A stretch of DNA of 64,000 nucleotides, from positions 434,001-498,000 of the forward strand of contig OW569349.1 of NCBI GenBank assembly GCA_937625935.1, read 5' to 3'. The position numbers and the translations under genes are program-made. Position 1 is the first letter of the stretch, and each line of letters opens with the position of its first letter. This document shows positions 1-9,483 of this stretch, piece by piece. The DNA comes from Tetramitus jugosus. Lineage: Eukaryota > Protista > Heterolobosea. A model generated the notes under the pieces. The model worked only from the letters and a program-made list of their open reading frames with translations, was not told the origin of the DNA and searched no databases.

Positions 1-81
1 GCGAAAAACGATCCCCCTTTTCCGGAAAATGTCCGATTTCCTTCCATCCAACGACTGCCCTGTTCCACTTGGCAGCTCAAC

Positions 82-2142
82 TCACGTGAACCGTGAATAG
101 TGAGTTTCGGAAGCAGGTTGACTACTGGAAATGAACTCTGAGCTCTGATCATATGTTGTATCGCCCAACAACTTGCTATGATTCTTCACCTTTGCCGCAC
201 GTCGCTGCCTCTTCCGTCTCTTTGAACAGCACAGGCCGCAGCATTTGTTGGATCTCCGTTCATTCCAATATCCAATGACATCACTGAGCACAATGACAAC
301 CACAAACAAAAAGCCCTGCAATGCTGCTGAAATATTATGTGCATACTCGAGGCTCAATGGCACACCATTTCCAATCACAGTCTTAATTCTTCGTACGGAA
401 GGCGCGATCCAAATGAGAACAAACACAATGGGCAAACCCAATAACTTAATATACAGCCTTAGACTGATTCTCACATGACTAATCAGTGTCTTCCGATTGT
501 TATTGTTGTTTTGAATGTTCTTGTCTCTGTACGTTGTATTGGTCAATTCATCGTCATCAATGTTTACACTGTGCAAGTCAATGTCATCACCACCGTTGAT
601 GGTAGATACAGCCATCATTCTGTTGTTTCCGCTGTCATACTCGCTCTCCTCAAAATCGTCATCAACGTATTCTTCATTCAGTGTCTCATCATCATCGAGA
701 TAGGCATGCGTGATATGAGGATGACTCTTGACATGAATTCTGGATTGAGTAGTCGTATTGAATGGAGAGGCATTGGCAGCAGAAGTGGTGGTAGTTCCAG
801 CAGTTGAGGAAGCATGTGTACCCATGGATGACAAGTACTGCACTCGAATCAATCGAACACATGCAATCAAGCATGTGCACGTAATGAGAATCATGAATAT
901 CCACAGAGGTATATAGTATGCAATGAGAATGAGTGATCTGCCCTTTGCTGTCTTTCCACTGATCCAACAATAACTAGCACCATTGGACTCTATTGCACCA
1001 GCTGCAAACGGTATGACAGTGAACACTATGGATACGGACCATGCAAACACATGAGAAGCAATCTCCAATACAATCAAATGATTCCTCCGATTCAACACAA
1101 CAATGTAAAACATCCATACGCTAATGACAAACAACCAACAATACGTGTTGAGACCAAAGAATTGTGTCATGAATGCTTGAAATCTGCATGCTCTCATGGG
1201 CACATTTGCATCCAACCGATTATAAATGAGATTGACAATCGATGTGCTTGCAACGAGCCAATCCGATATCAACAATAGGAAGACGAGACGTGCAATGGGA
1301 CGAGCAAACAAGTAGCATGAACTTGTCATGTCACTCATGAAACTTTTGAATCTTGTTACAAATAATCTACCACCACCGCCACTACCACCACCACCACCAT
1401 CACCACCACTATTACTACTATGACTACTACTATTCTTATTATTGTTAGTCTCATAAAAGTGATACTGATGAGAGTAATAATCACTGTGCTTGTTCTTATT
1501 CTTTGCTGCACAACACGTCGTCACAAACACATTGAGCAGTGATCGATAGGGAAATGTAACCAATGTTCGAATCAATAGATACAGGAGATAGATGAATAGA
1601 GAGACCCATGTGATGATATCACATGTATCGACCAGGTAATCCAACACGACATCATCTGATGGTTCATCATTACTTGTGCCATTATTGTTTTTGTTATTGT
1701 CAGTCTGATTCGTGTTCACTGTGAGATGAAGAGGCAAACTGTTCCAATACAATAGAGAGGAATGCTGTTGATGATTCATGAGTTGTACGATGTCATCATC
1801 AGAATGGTCATCATCATTGTCATGCTGCCTCCGATGATGATTTGATCGTTGTTGTTGAGCATTATAGTACATGATGAGGTCATTGTTATGGCCATGGTGG
1901 TGGATGGAGACATCTGTTGTTGTTGTTCTTGTTGCGATGGGTGATGAGAAAAAATGAGTCGTCATTGGTGATTCATTCATGAAGAACAATAATAGAATGG
2001 TGGTGGCACCAGTCAACAACAATATAATCACCACAAGAGCAATCACCATAGATGGAACAATGACATGACTTTGTTTGTCTAGTTGTAGTCGACAATGTTG
2101 TGGTGGTAATAATGGTGCTTGTTGTTGTTGTATGTGATTCAT
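82..2142 (-). CDS. 7TM G-protein-coupled receptor, cAMP-receptor-like (Dictyostelium CAR/Crl, Git3-like)
   Basis: Seven hydrophobic segments with CAR-type motifs: RLVFLLLISD, CRFQAFMTQFFG, YCWIS, YYIPLW, FVLIWIAPSVRR, ALQGF. First ATG is at 2142 (the ORF-track start at 2169 is GTG). There is also an extra N-terminal hydrophobic segment. Confidence 0.8.
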   Translation of the reverse strand: MNHIQQQQAPLLPPQHCRLQLDKQSHVIVPSMVIALVVIILLLTGATTILLLFFMNESPMTTHFFSSPIATRTTTTDVSIHHHGHNNDLIMYYNAQQQRSNHHRRQHDNDDDHSDDDIVQLMNHQQHSSLLYWNSLPLHLTVNTNQTDNNKNNNGTSNDEPSDDVVLDYLVDTCDIITWVSLFIYLLYLLIRTLVTFPYRSLLNVFVTTCCAAKNKNKHSDYYSHQYHFYETNNNKNSSSHSSNSGGDGGGGGSGGGGRLFVTRFKSFMSDMTSSCYLFARPIARLVFLLLISDWLVASTSIVNLIYNRLDANVPMRACRFQAFMTQFFGLNTYCWLFVISVWMFYIVVLNRRNHLIVLEIASHVFAWSVSIVFTVIPFAAGAIESNGASYCWISGKTAKGRSLILIAYYIPLWIFMILITCTCLIACVRLIRVQYLSSMGTHASSTAGTTTTSAANASPFNTTTQSRIHVKSHPHITHAYLDDDETLNEEYVDDDFEESEYDSGNNRMMAVSTINGGDDIDLHSVNIDDDELTNTTYRDKNIQNNNNNRKTLISHVRISLRLYIKLLGLPIVFVLIWIAPSVRRIKTVIGNGVPLSLEYAHNISAALQGFLFVVVIVLSDVIGYWNERRSNKCCGLCCSKRRKRQRRAAKVKNHSKLLGDTTYDQSSEFISSSQPASETHYSRFT

Positions 2143-2385
2143 TGTGTGTGATATTTTGTGATCTATCACACTGGTGTGAGTGAGCGAGACTGGACACCCT
2201 GGGGAACTTTGTTTTGTTGTTATCGTGTGTTATTGAGTGTCTCGGGGGGCCGCGATTCATTGAAGGATGACAACCTCTGATGAATTTCTCAAAGCCATTC
2301 CCCGACATCCGCTTTCGGGTTATTGTGAATTATCGGTGAAATTTCACAACTCTCTCCAGAAAGAAGAAAAAGAAACAGAAAAAGG

Positions 2386-4035
2386 ATGAAGAGATGGATC
2401 AACCACATGGCAGCAAATGCTACAAAAACAACAACAAGAGCTCCAACCACAACAGTGACAAGAATTCTAATTTCACCAGCGACTCGTCTTTCCATGAATC
2501 AATTTCACACCACCATTATTCAACCATCCACATCCACATCAACGACTCACAACAATAGCAACACAACCAACCATCGTGGTAACATGATGAAACATTATCA
2601 TCACAATACTGTTCACCATGATCACAATCACAATACTAATGATCACAATCATACTAACCATAATAATAATACTAATACTAATACTAATAATAATAACAAT
2701 AATAATAATAATAACAATAATAATAATCACACGGATGAAGATTTGCCATTCATCAGAGCAGAACAACTCCAATCTCCACTCGTTACTCAACAATGGTTCA
2801 TTCACTACTACAACACACAATCATCAACCACCACGAATGAAAAACAACATGCACTGATCCAATCCATTATGAATGACATTACAAAAGAACGATTGTTCAA
2901 CAGTGATACCATGAACATTTGTGTCGTATTGTTGGATCAACCAATGAATCCATTGCAGAATATGAATTCATTTGCAAAGCAATTGTATGATTGTTGGTCC
3001 ATGGGCAATCACACAATTGTCATGACTGTGAATCAAACCAATCACATTGGTCTCTATGTGGTCGATGAACAGAATTCGATTGCAAGCAGACCTGTTCCCT
3101 CTGTATTCAACAAGGAACTCATTAAACAGTTGACAAGTATGAAGAAATCAACAATTGGTAGAGAGATTGAAGAAGACAAATCTGCTACTGCTGCTATGAC
3201 CACAGGAGAGAACAACCATTCAACTACTGTGAACACTACTACTACTACTACCTCTACTACCACTGCTACTACGACTACTACGACTACTACTGATGTTGCT
3301 GCTGCTGCTGCTTCACTGGATCATGGTGGTGAAGAAAAGAGTGCAACAGCAGCAGCACAAGCAGCAGCAATTGATTATGAATTGGTGATTCAAGTGCTGC
3401 AAGTCATGCTCAAAAAGTTGAAGACACAGTATTCACCCATCAGTGATCAATTTCTAACTGCACAACAACTCAAGAGAAAAAACTTGGAATCCATTATTCA
3501 ACATCACAATGGTACTAACGAAAGATTCAATCGTCAGTATCGCCACAAGAAGTTGCATCGAATGGGTAACTCAATTGTTGAGTTCCAATTTCAGAGAGTG
3601 CTTGGCTCCATGGTGCTGCTGGCGATTGTCGTGTACGGCGCTTATTCGTATTGGAAGAGTACGAGTACTTGTCCCAACTGTGACTCATTTGCACTCAAGA
3701 CAAAGAAGACGTATGATTCCAATGTGATTAGCAACGATGGACAAGCAATGAAGGAATGGGAACAATTGAGTTCTGCATCTCTCCTCACTCCAAACAACAA
3801 GAAGGAGTTTGAATTGGGCAGTTGTTCATTCACTCATAAAAAGTGCAACACATGTCAGTATGAAACAATGCAAAGAACAGTGAATCCGTCCTCCTCTGTT
3901 GGCCACTGTTACAAGTGTGACACTCTAGCACTCACTACTGAGATTAAGAATCAACCACAGGGCAGAATGGTTGTACGCAAGTGTCAATTCTGTGGTGATG
4001 AAGATGTGAAACCAAGTGCCTACCAGTCATCGTAA
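2386..4035 (+). CDS. TPM-domain membrane protein with C-terminal CxxC zinc-ribbon repeats
   Basis: NICVVLLD...FAKQLYDCWSMG resembles the TPM core. One TM helix follows (VLGSMVLLAIVVYGAYSYW), then CPNC, CNTC, CYKC, CQFC. The N-terminus is basic and Thr-rich, like a presequence. Confidence 0.65.
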   Translation: MKRWINHMAANATKTTTRAPTTTVTRILISPATRLSMNQFHTTIIQPSTSTSTTHNNSNTTNHRGNMMKHYHHNTVHHDHNHNTNDHNHTNHNNNTNTNTNNNNNNNNNNNNNNHTDEDLPFIRAEQLQSPLVTQQWFIHYYNTQSSTTTNEKQHALIQSIMNDITKERLFNSDTMNICVVLLDQPMNPLQNMNSFAKQLYDCWSMGNHTIVMTVNQTNHIGLYVVDEQNSIASRPVPSVFNKELIKQLTSMKKSTIGREIEEDKSATAAMTTGENNHSTTVNTTTTTTSTTTATTTTTTTTDVAAAAASLDHGGEEKSATAAAQAAAIDYELVIQVLQVMLKKLKTQYSPISDQFLTAQQLKRKNLESIIQHHNGTNERFNRQYRHKKLHRMGNSIVEFQFQRVLGSMVLLAIVVYGAYSYWKSTSTCPNCDSFALKTKKTYDSNVISNDGQAMKEWEQLSSASLLTPNNKKEFELGSCSFTHKKCNTCQYETMQRTVNPSSSVGHCYKCDTLALTTEIKNQPQGRMVVRKCQFCGDEDVKPSAYQSS

Positions 4036-4121
4036 GTTTGATACAAGACAAAATACAGCCGACACATGTGCTTACTTAGTGATTGTTTATTTCATATTTT
4101 CAATTGTTTCTTCATAATACT

Positions 4122-5451
4122 TTATTCGTCATCTTCCTCATCGTCATCTTCATCATCCTCGTCTCCTTCATTGTCAGACATTGTGCCCAACAATTCTCCC
4201 AGTGATGATTCCTCCAGTGCAGCCAATGCCTTTGCAGAGAATTCATTACCATTCAATTCCACTCTCTTGAGTTGTGTCTTGTTGCTGAGTGCCTTGATCA
4301 ACGCATAGACAGCTTCATCTCCCATTTCATTAAACACTAGATCCACGTGCTCCAACTGTTCGTGACCTTGTTCAATGGCTTCTGCAATGAGAATACCACC
4401 CTCTGTTCCCAACAAGCAATCACCCAGATTCAAGTGCTTCAATCGATTCATGGATCGAATGGCATTGGCAATGGATTGAGCACCATCCACCTTGATTGTA
4501 TTGTCACTCAAGTTCAACTCTGTAAAGTTTTCACTGTTGACAGAGATGGCATTGGCCAGTGCAGTGATGCCCTCTGGTCGAATACCGTTCTGTGGCAGAT
4601 GCAAACTGGTCAATGTTCCCATCTTTTGAAAAGCGATGGCCAACTCTGTTGCACCATTGTTTTCCAATCGATTTCTTCCTGCTTCAAACGTTTCAATCGA
4701 TGGCTTACTACTACTACTACTACTACTACTATTGTTGTTGTTGTTGTGATTGTTATTATTTTCATTGTTATTCTTGTCTAGTGCTTCCACCAATGATTGT
4801 GCAATAATGGTGCCACCACCAATTCCAAGTCCATTGTTGATGACCTTGAGTGTCTTAATACAGTGATTGTTCATAATCAATTCAACAAATGCACGTGTGC
4901 CTGCTGGTCCAAATGCATTGTGTGACAAATCAACAGTGTGCAAATGTTGCTTGTCAATGAGTGATTGAACGAGGTGAGTCAATGCAGGTGGTACCTCTTC
5001 AATCAATCTTCCAGTGAAAATGTCACTCAAATCAACATGCTATGATTGATATGATTATGATTGTTATTATGATTGTTAGTATGATTGTTGTGTATTTGCA
5101 TTTCATATTTCAATTTGCAAAAGTGTGTCAATGTCAATGGATTCAACAATCAAAAAAAAACAGAATACAAAAAAATCCTCACACAATCATTCAACAACAT
5201 ACTTGCAAATGATTGATGGTTTGAATGGTTTGAGCCAATTCCTTTGCTGCATCAACACCAATCGTGTTACCACTCAGTTTAATATGGAATGGGTCACTAG
5301 GGTTATCATTGATCAACTGTTGTAATTGTTGTATGATTTCAGAAACGTCTTGTTCATTGTTCAATTTGAGAGTTTTGCCTGCAAATGATGAGAAGTCAAT
5401 TGCTGCCTTACCGAGGGACAATTGTTGTAATTGTTGTTCAAGTTGATCCAT
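4122..5451 (-). CDS. RANGAP1: Ran GTPase-activating protein (LRR + acidic tail); exons 5451-5203 and 5039-4122
   Basis: Removing GT-AG intron 5040-5202 gives LSGNTIG...HVDLSDIFTGRL. Also present: DLSHNAFGP, NNGLGIGGG, GRNRLENNG, PQNGIRPEG and an acidic C-tail. Confidence 0.92.
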
Positions 5452-5639
5452 TCTCGCGCGAAGATGTAGTTCTTGATTTGTTATTGATTTATTGTTGTTG
5501 TTGATTCGTGTGCGTGTGGAATATTGTTGGTGTCTTTCGGAAGAAAAAGGGCGCGCGAATGCAATTTTCAAGAAACATTTTGAGCTGCGACGTTGGCAGC
5601 AACTGTTGAATTTACAGGTGCTTCTTCTTGAACTGAGAC

Positions 5640-6557
5640 ATGTCTCAAATTCAAAAGTTAGTCGATCAAATATCAATCAACTTGATTCATTTTTTAGAGA
5701 ATCATCAAGGAGTTCGCAATGTACATTTCAAGGTGCAAGAACCAGTGTCGAACACTCAGCTAATTCACTCATGGCCCAGTCAACTTCCTGTATCCCTCGA
5801 CTCGAACTTTCTCTCCCTAAAGTCCCAAATCAAGCTACCTGAGGACTACAAAGCTTTTCTTAGCTGTTGCAATGGCCTCACGTTGACTTATGAGATGCAA
5901 AATTTGCCATTCGGGTATCTGCATATCAATTCACTGGAAGAAATGAGTTCTATCGATAAAGAATCTCTCATTACACTACGAGAGATGTGTCCTCTAGTTG
6001 TATGTGCCTTTCATATCGATTCGAGACCTAATAATGGCAGAGTTGCACTTGTATTTAAGAGAGAAGAACGTAGTTTGGACAAGATAGTCAGTGAGATTTG
6101 GTTCCAAGATCTAGCAACAGAGTGGTTTTTCATTACATTCTCATTCACACAATACTTTCGTTTGAGTTTACTTCATCTTGGTGTCCCTCATTGGCAGTAT
6201 GCCTTCACTTCCTCTGGTCTCCCACCCCAGAGCAGGATGTGGTTTGCTTTTCTATCTCCTGAGCGATTAGAAATTGATAAGCATGGGAACCAACAGGCAA
6301 AAGAGGGATTCAATCGATCTGTTTCTCTATCTCTTAAAAAGGAGAGTAAGAAGTCAACGAATCATACAAGAATCGGAAGTCAAAGAATTGACTTAAGTAA
6401 GGTTAATCAGATACTGAAAAGACAGAATAAGTCCAGTGAGACTACAAAGTCAACAAGGCCTTCCTCTTATCCTCAGCGACGGCCTGCTACACCAACGGCC
6501 ACTAGTCACCGAGCACAAAGTTCGTCAGCAATGCGAAGAAGACCATCCTTCAAATAG
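5640..6557 (+). CDS. TPGS2: Tubulin polyglutamylase complex subunit 2 (SMI1/KNR4-like fold)
   Basis: LPEDYKAF...NGLTLTY, IWFQDL, FTQYFRL...HLGVPHWQYAFT..GLPP..WF match TPGS2. Confidence 0.85.
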   Translation: MSQIQKLVDQISINLIHFLENHQGVRNVHFKVQEPVSNTQLIHSWPSQLPVSLDSNFLSLKSQIKLPEDYKAFLSCCNGLTLTYEMQNLPFGYLHINSLEEMSSIDKESLITLREMCPLVVCAFHIDSRPNNGRVALVFKREERSLDKIVSEIWFQDLATEWFFITFSFTQYFRLSLLHLGVPHWQYAFTSSGLPPQSRMWFAFLSPERLEIDKHGNQQAKEGFNRSVSLSLKKESKKSTNHTRIGSQRIDLSKVNQILKRQNKSSETTKSTRPSSYPQRRPATPTATSHRAQSSSAMRRRPSFK

Positions 6558-6634
6558 TTGATTAGCTAGGAAGTGTCTTCCTTCACCGAATATGCCCACC
6601 ATATGGTTGAACTGATGTCAAGAGTACCCTTTTC

Positions 6635-7123
6635 ATGGCATTCTACATCGTAACAGTTTTCCGGGACGAGCAGGTACCCATCAATGATCGTACTCGGTGG
6701 ATTCATGACTTTGTTGCCTCTAAATCAATAAAATACGTACGCCATCATGATGCCTCATCATCTCTACTTTGGACTTCCATGTCTCATGACCCACAGACAC
6801 CATTCCAACAATTCATCAGTTGCCAGAGTTTCAGCATGATATTTCTGGGAGTAATGACAGATGCCATTGAGTATCAGAATCAGCAATCTGGTTCAGAGAA
6901 CGGTTGGTGGCGAGAATTTCCTGGAAAGGTCTTCGATTTGCAGGAAGAGAACAGACGTCATCTGATAAATCAAATTCCATCAATACAACCTACCGAACGT
7001 GTAAGTGAACGACCCACATTTTCACTCTTTTGCGCTCGACTGTTTCCATATTACTACAATTTTTATTACAAAGCAAACTGCATTTGTTGTCACTTGGTTG
7101 AGATGCCAAAAGTGAGTCAGTGA
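6635..7123 (+). CDS. Hypothetical protein
   Basis: ATG-initiated 162-aa ORF filling the gap between two genes; no recognised motif. Confidence 0.35.
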   Translation: MAFYIVTVFRDEQVPINDRTRWIHDFVASKSIKYVRHHDASSSLLWTSMSHDPQTPFQQFISCQSFSMIFLGVMTDAIEYQNQQSGSENGWWREFPGKVFDLQEENRRHLINQIPSIQPTERVSERPTFSLFCARLFPYYYNFYYKANCICCHLVEMPKVSQ

Positions 7124-7162
7124 TGATGATCTCAGATCAGAGAGGAAGAGGAACCAGAGATT

Positions 7163-9125
7163 TTAGTTTTTGTTCTTCAATGCATTTCTCTGGGCCAAAA
7201 TCATACTCATCATGTCTCCGCCACCGCCACCGCCACCTCTAGGGGCAGCACCACCACCACTGCTGCTACCACCACTGGAAGGCTTCGTGCTCTTCAATGG
7301 ATCATCATTTGGTCTTTCAACCTTCTTCAATGCAGCACCAGCTCGAATACTGGACAACAAATCACCTCTGCCTGCACTTGGATCGCCACCGCCAATTTTT
7401 GGAGCAGCACCACTCTTGAAGGGCTTTGGTGCGTTCATTGGTGGTGGAGGTGGACCAGAAGGTGGAGGTGGAGGAGGACCACCACCGCCCATTGCTGGTG
7501 GACCAGGAGGTGGAGGACCAGGAGGAGCAGGCTTGCTGCTTGTTGGTGGAGGAGTCATTGGAGGAGCTGGCTTACTGGTAGGAACGGATGGTGAAGGTGA
7601 CGGTGGACCAGGAGGAGAAGGCTTGCTGGTCACTGCTGGCGTAGATGGTGGAGCAGGTTTGCTGGCAGGTGGTTCTTGCTTGGATGCCATTTGATTTCTT
7701 CTTGCCAAGATCATGCTCATCATATCACCACCACCGCCACCGCCGCCGCCGCTACTTCCACCACCACTGCTGCTGCCTCCACTACTAGAACCACTAGAAC
7801 CACCACCACTGGATGGCTTCATGCTCTTCAATGGATCATCATTTGGTCTTTCAACCTTCTTCAATGCAGCACCAGCTCGAATACTGGACAACAAATCACC
7901 TCTGCCTGCACTTGGATCACCACCGCCAACTTTTGGAGCAGCACCACTGCTTGGTGGCTTTGGTGCGTTCATTGGTGGTGGAGGTGGACCAGAAGGTGGA
8001 GGAGGAGGTCCAGAAGGTGGTGGAGGTGGACCACCGCTCATTGCTGGTGGTCCTGGTGGAGGAGGTCCAGAAGGAGGTGCAGGTGTCGATGGCGGTGCAG
8101 GTCTATCCATTGTTGGAGGAGGTCCTGGAGGTGGAGCTGGCTTGGATGCGTTCATGGATGGCATGGAGAGCGAAGGTGGTGTCACAGGTGAAGAAGACAC
8201 ACTGCTTGGTGTGTTTGGTGTGTTTGGTGTGCTTGGTACGTTGAGATCATGGAGACTGATGGATGCAGAACGGGCGAATGAACTGTTGGTACGGCTCAAT
8301 GATCCATTTCTTGGAGTCAGAGTAGGTGCCTCTAGCGATGGAGGAGCACCACTGCTTGCTCCATTGGCAGCAGAACTGAAATCAGTCTTGGATCGATAGT
8401 CTGTGCTGTGATGAGTGCTGCTACTACTGCTATCATTGTAGTGATGATAGTGATTGCTCGTGTTACCGATCGGTGGTCCCAACGCAATACCCACCGAATG
8501 ATACTTGTCAAAGTTAATGTCCGGAATGTACTTGTTCTCTGCCATGTTGTACAAGTCGGCTTGTCTCTCAGTGACCTTTCTTCTTCTGCGACCGACTTGA
8601 CTCGTTGGCTGAACTGATTGCATCTTCAACAACTCGTCTCTACCGCACTCTGACCTCACTTGTTTCAATCGATCGGACATGATGACCATTTGAGCACCGA
8701 GCTTTTCAACTTCCTGAGCCTGCAAATCAATCATGTTCATCAAATCGAGTGACGCAGAGTGAATATAGTAGGTTACATTGGTGAGGACAGCTGTGGCGTA
8801 TTCCTTTGTTTTGGCCAATGTGGCATCCTTGTCATCATTGACATAGGTGAATTGACACCTAAGGTTGTGTGGTTGTTTTTGTTGTGTGTTGTTTGTGTTG
8901 TTGTTGTTGTTATTTCATGTTTGATTCCACACACACACACACATATAAAGTGTTCATATATGAACGTTAGCTTCAGGTTGTCAACAACAACAAAACAAAA
9001 AAACATGTTGACAAGTCACGCACGTACCATTTGATAATATCACCAATTTTCTTCTCAGTTTCATTCAGCTTTTCAATGCTGGACGGCACTGTTTCATTGA
9101 TGGCGGTGACTAATTGTGGATTCAT
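7163..9125 (-). CDS. ABI: Abl-interactor (Abi)-family WAVE-complex subunit with two WH2 modules; exons 9125-9028 and 8858-7163
   Basis: Removing intron 8859-9027 gives MNPQLVTAINETVPSSIEKLNETEKKIGDIIKWCQFTYVNDDKDATLAKTKEYATAVLTNVTYYIHSASLDLMNMIDLQ, which aligns by eye to the Abi N-terminal/HHR region. Polyproline tracts and two copies of GRGDLLSSIRAGAALKKV follow. Confidence 0.82.
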
Positions 9126-9483
9126 ATCTTATTTGTTGAGGTTGGTTATATACACTGAGCAACAACACAAAATGATAGGTAATCCGAAAAGTATGTTTTT
9201 TTGTTTGTTGTTCTCCACAGGAACAGCGATGATGACAGGGGAAAATTATTATGACATGCGATTTGAGTGACGGCCAGCTGGTTTACAACATGGACAAATC
9301 TCCGATCATTGGTTTCCTCAACAACAAATATCAAAACAGAGGACGTTCATGGCTCTTTCACACATGTGAATAAGGATCTGACGCAACACTCACTTGGATG
9401 CCAAAGATCGTGTTTGGATTCGAAGTTGGGTTTTAGCCGACAAAAACCGGTTCGAAAATTTACGGCAAAAATCAAAAAAAGAG

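Noticed and set aside
2660-2730. (AAT)n, (ACT)n and (GGT)n microsatellites here and in many other genes
   Set aside because: They encode poly-N/T/S/Q tracts typical of this genome; there is no spacer structure or mobile-element hallmark.
7170-8399. Gly-rich plus-strand ORFs
   Set aside because: Antisense reading of the Abi polyproline repeats.
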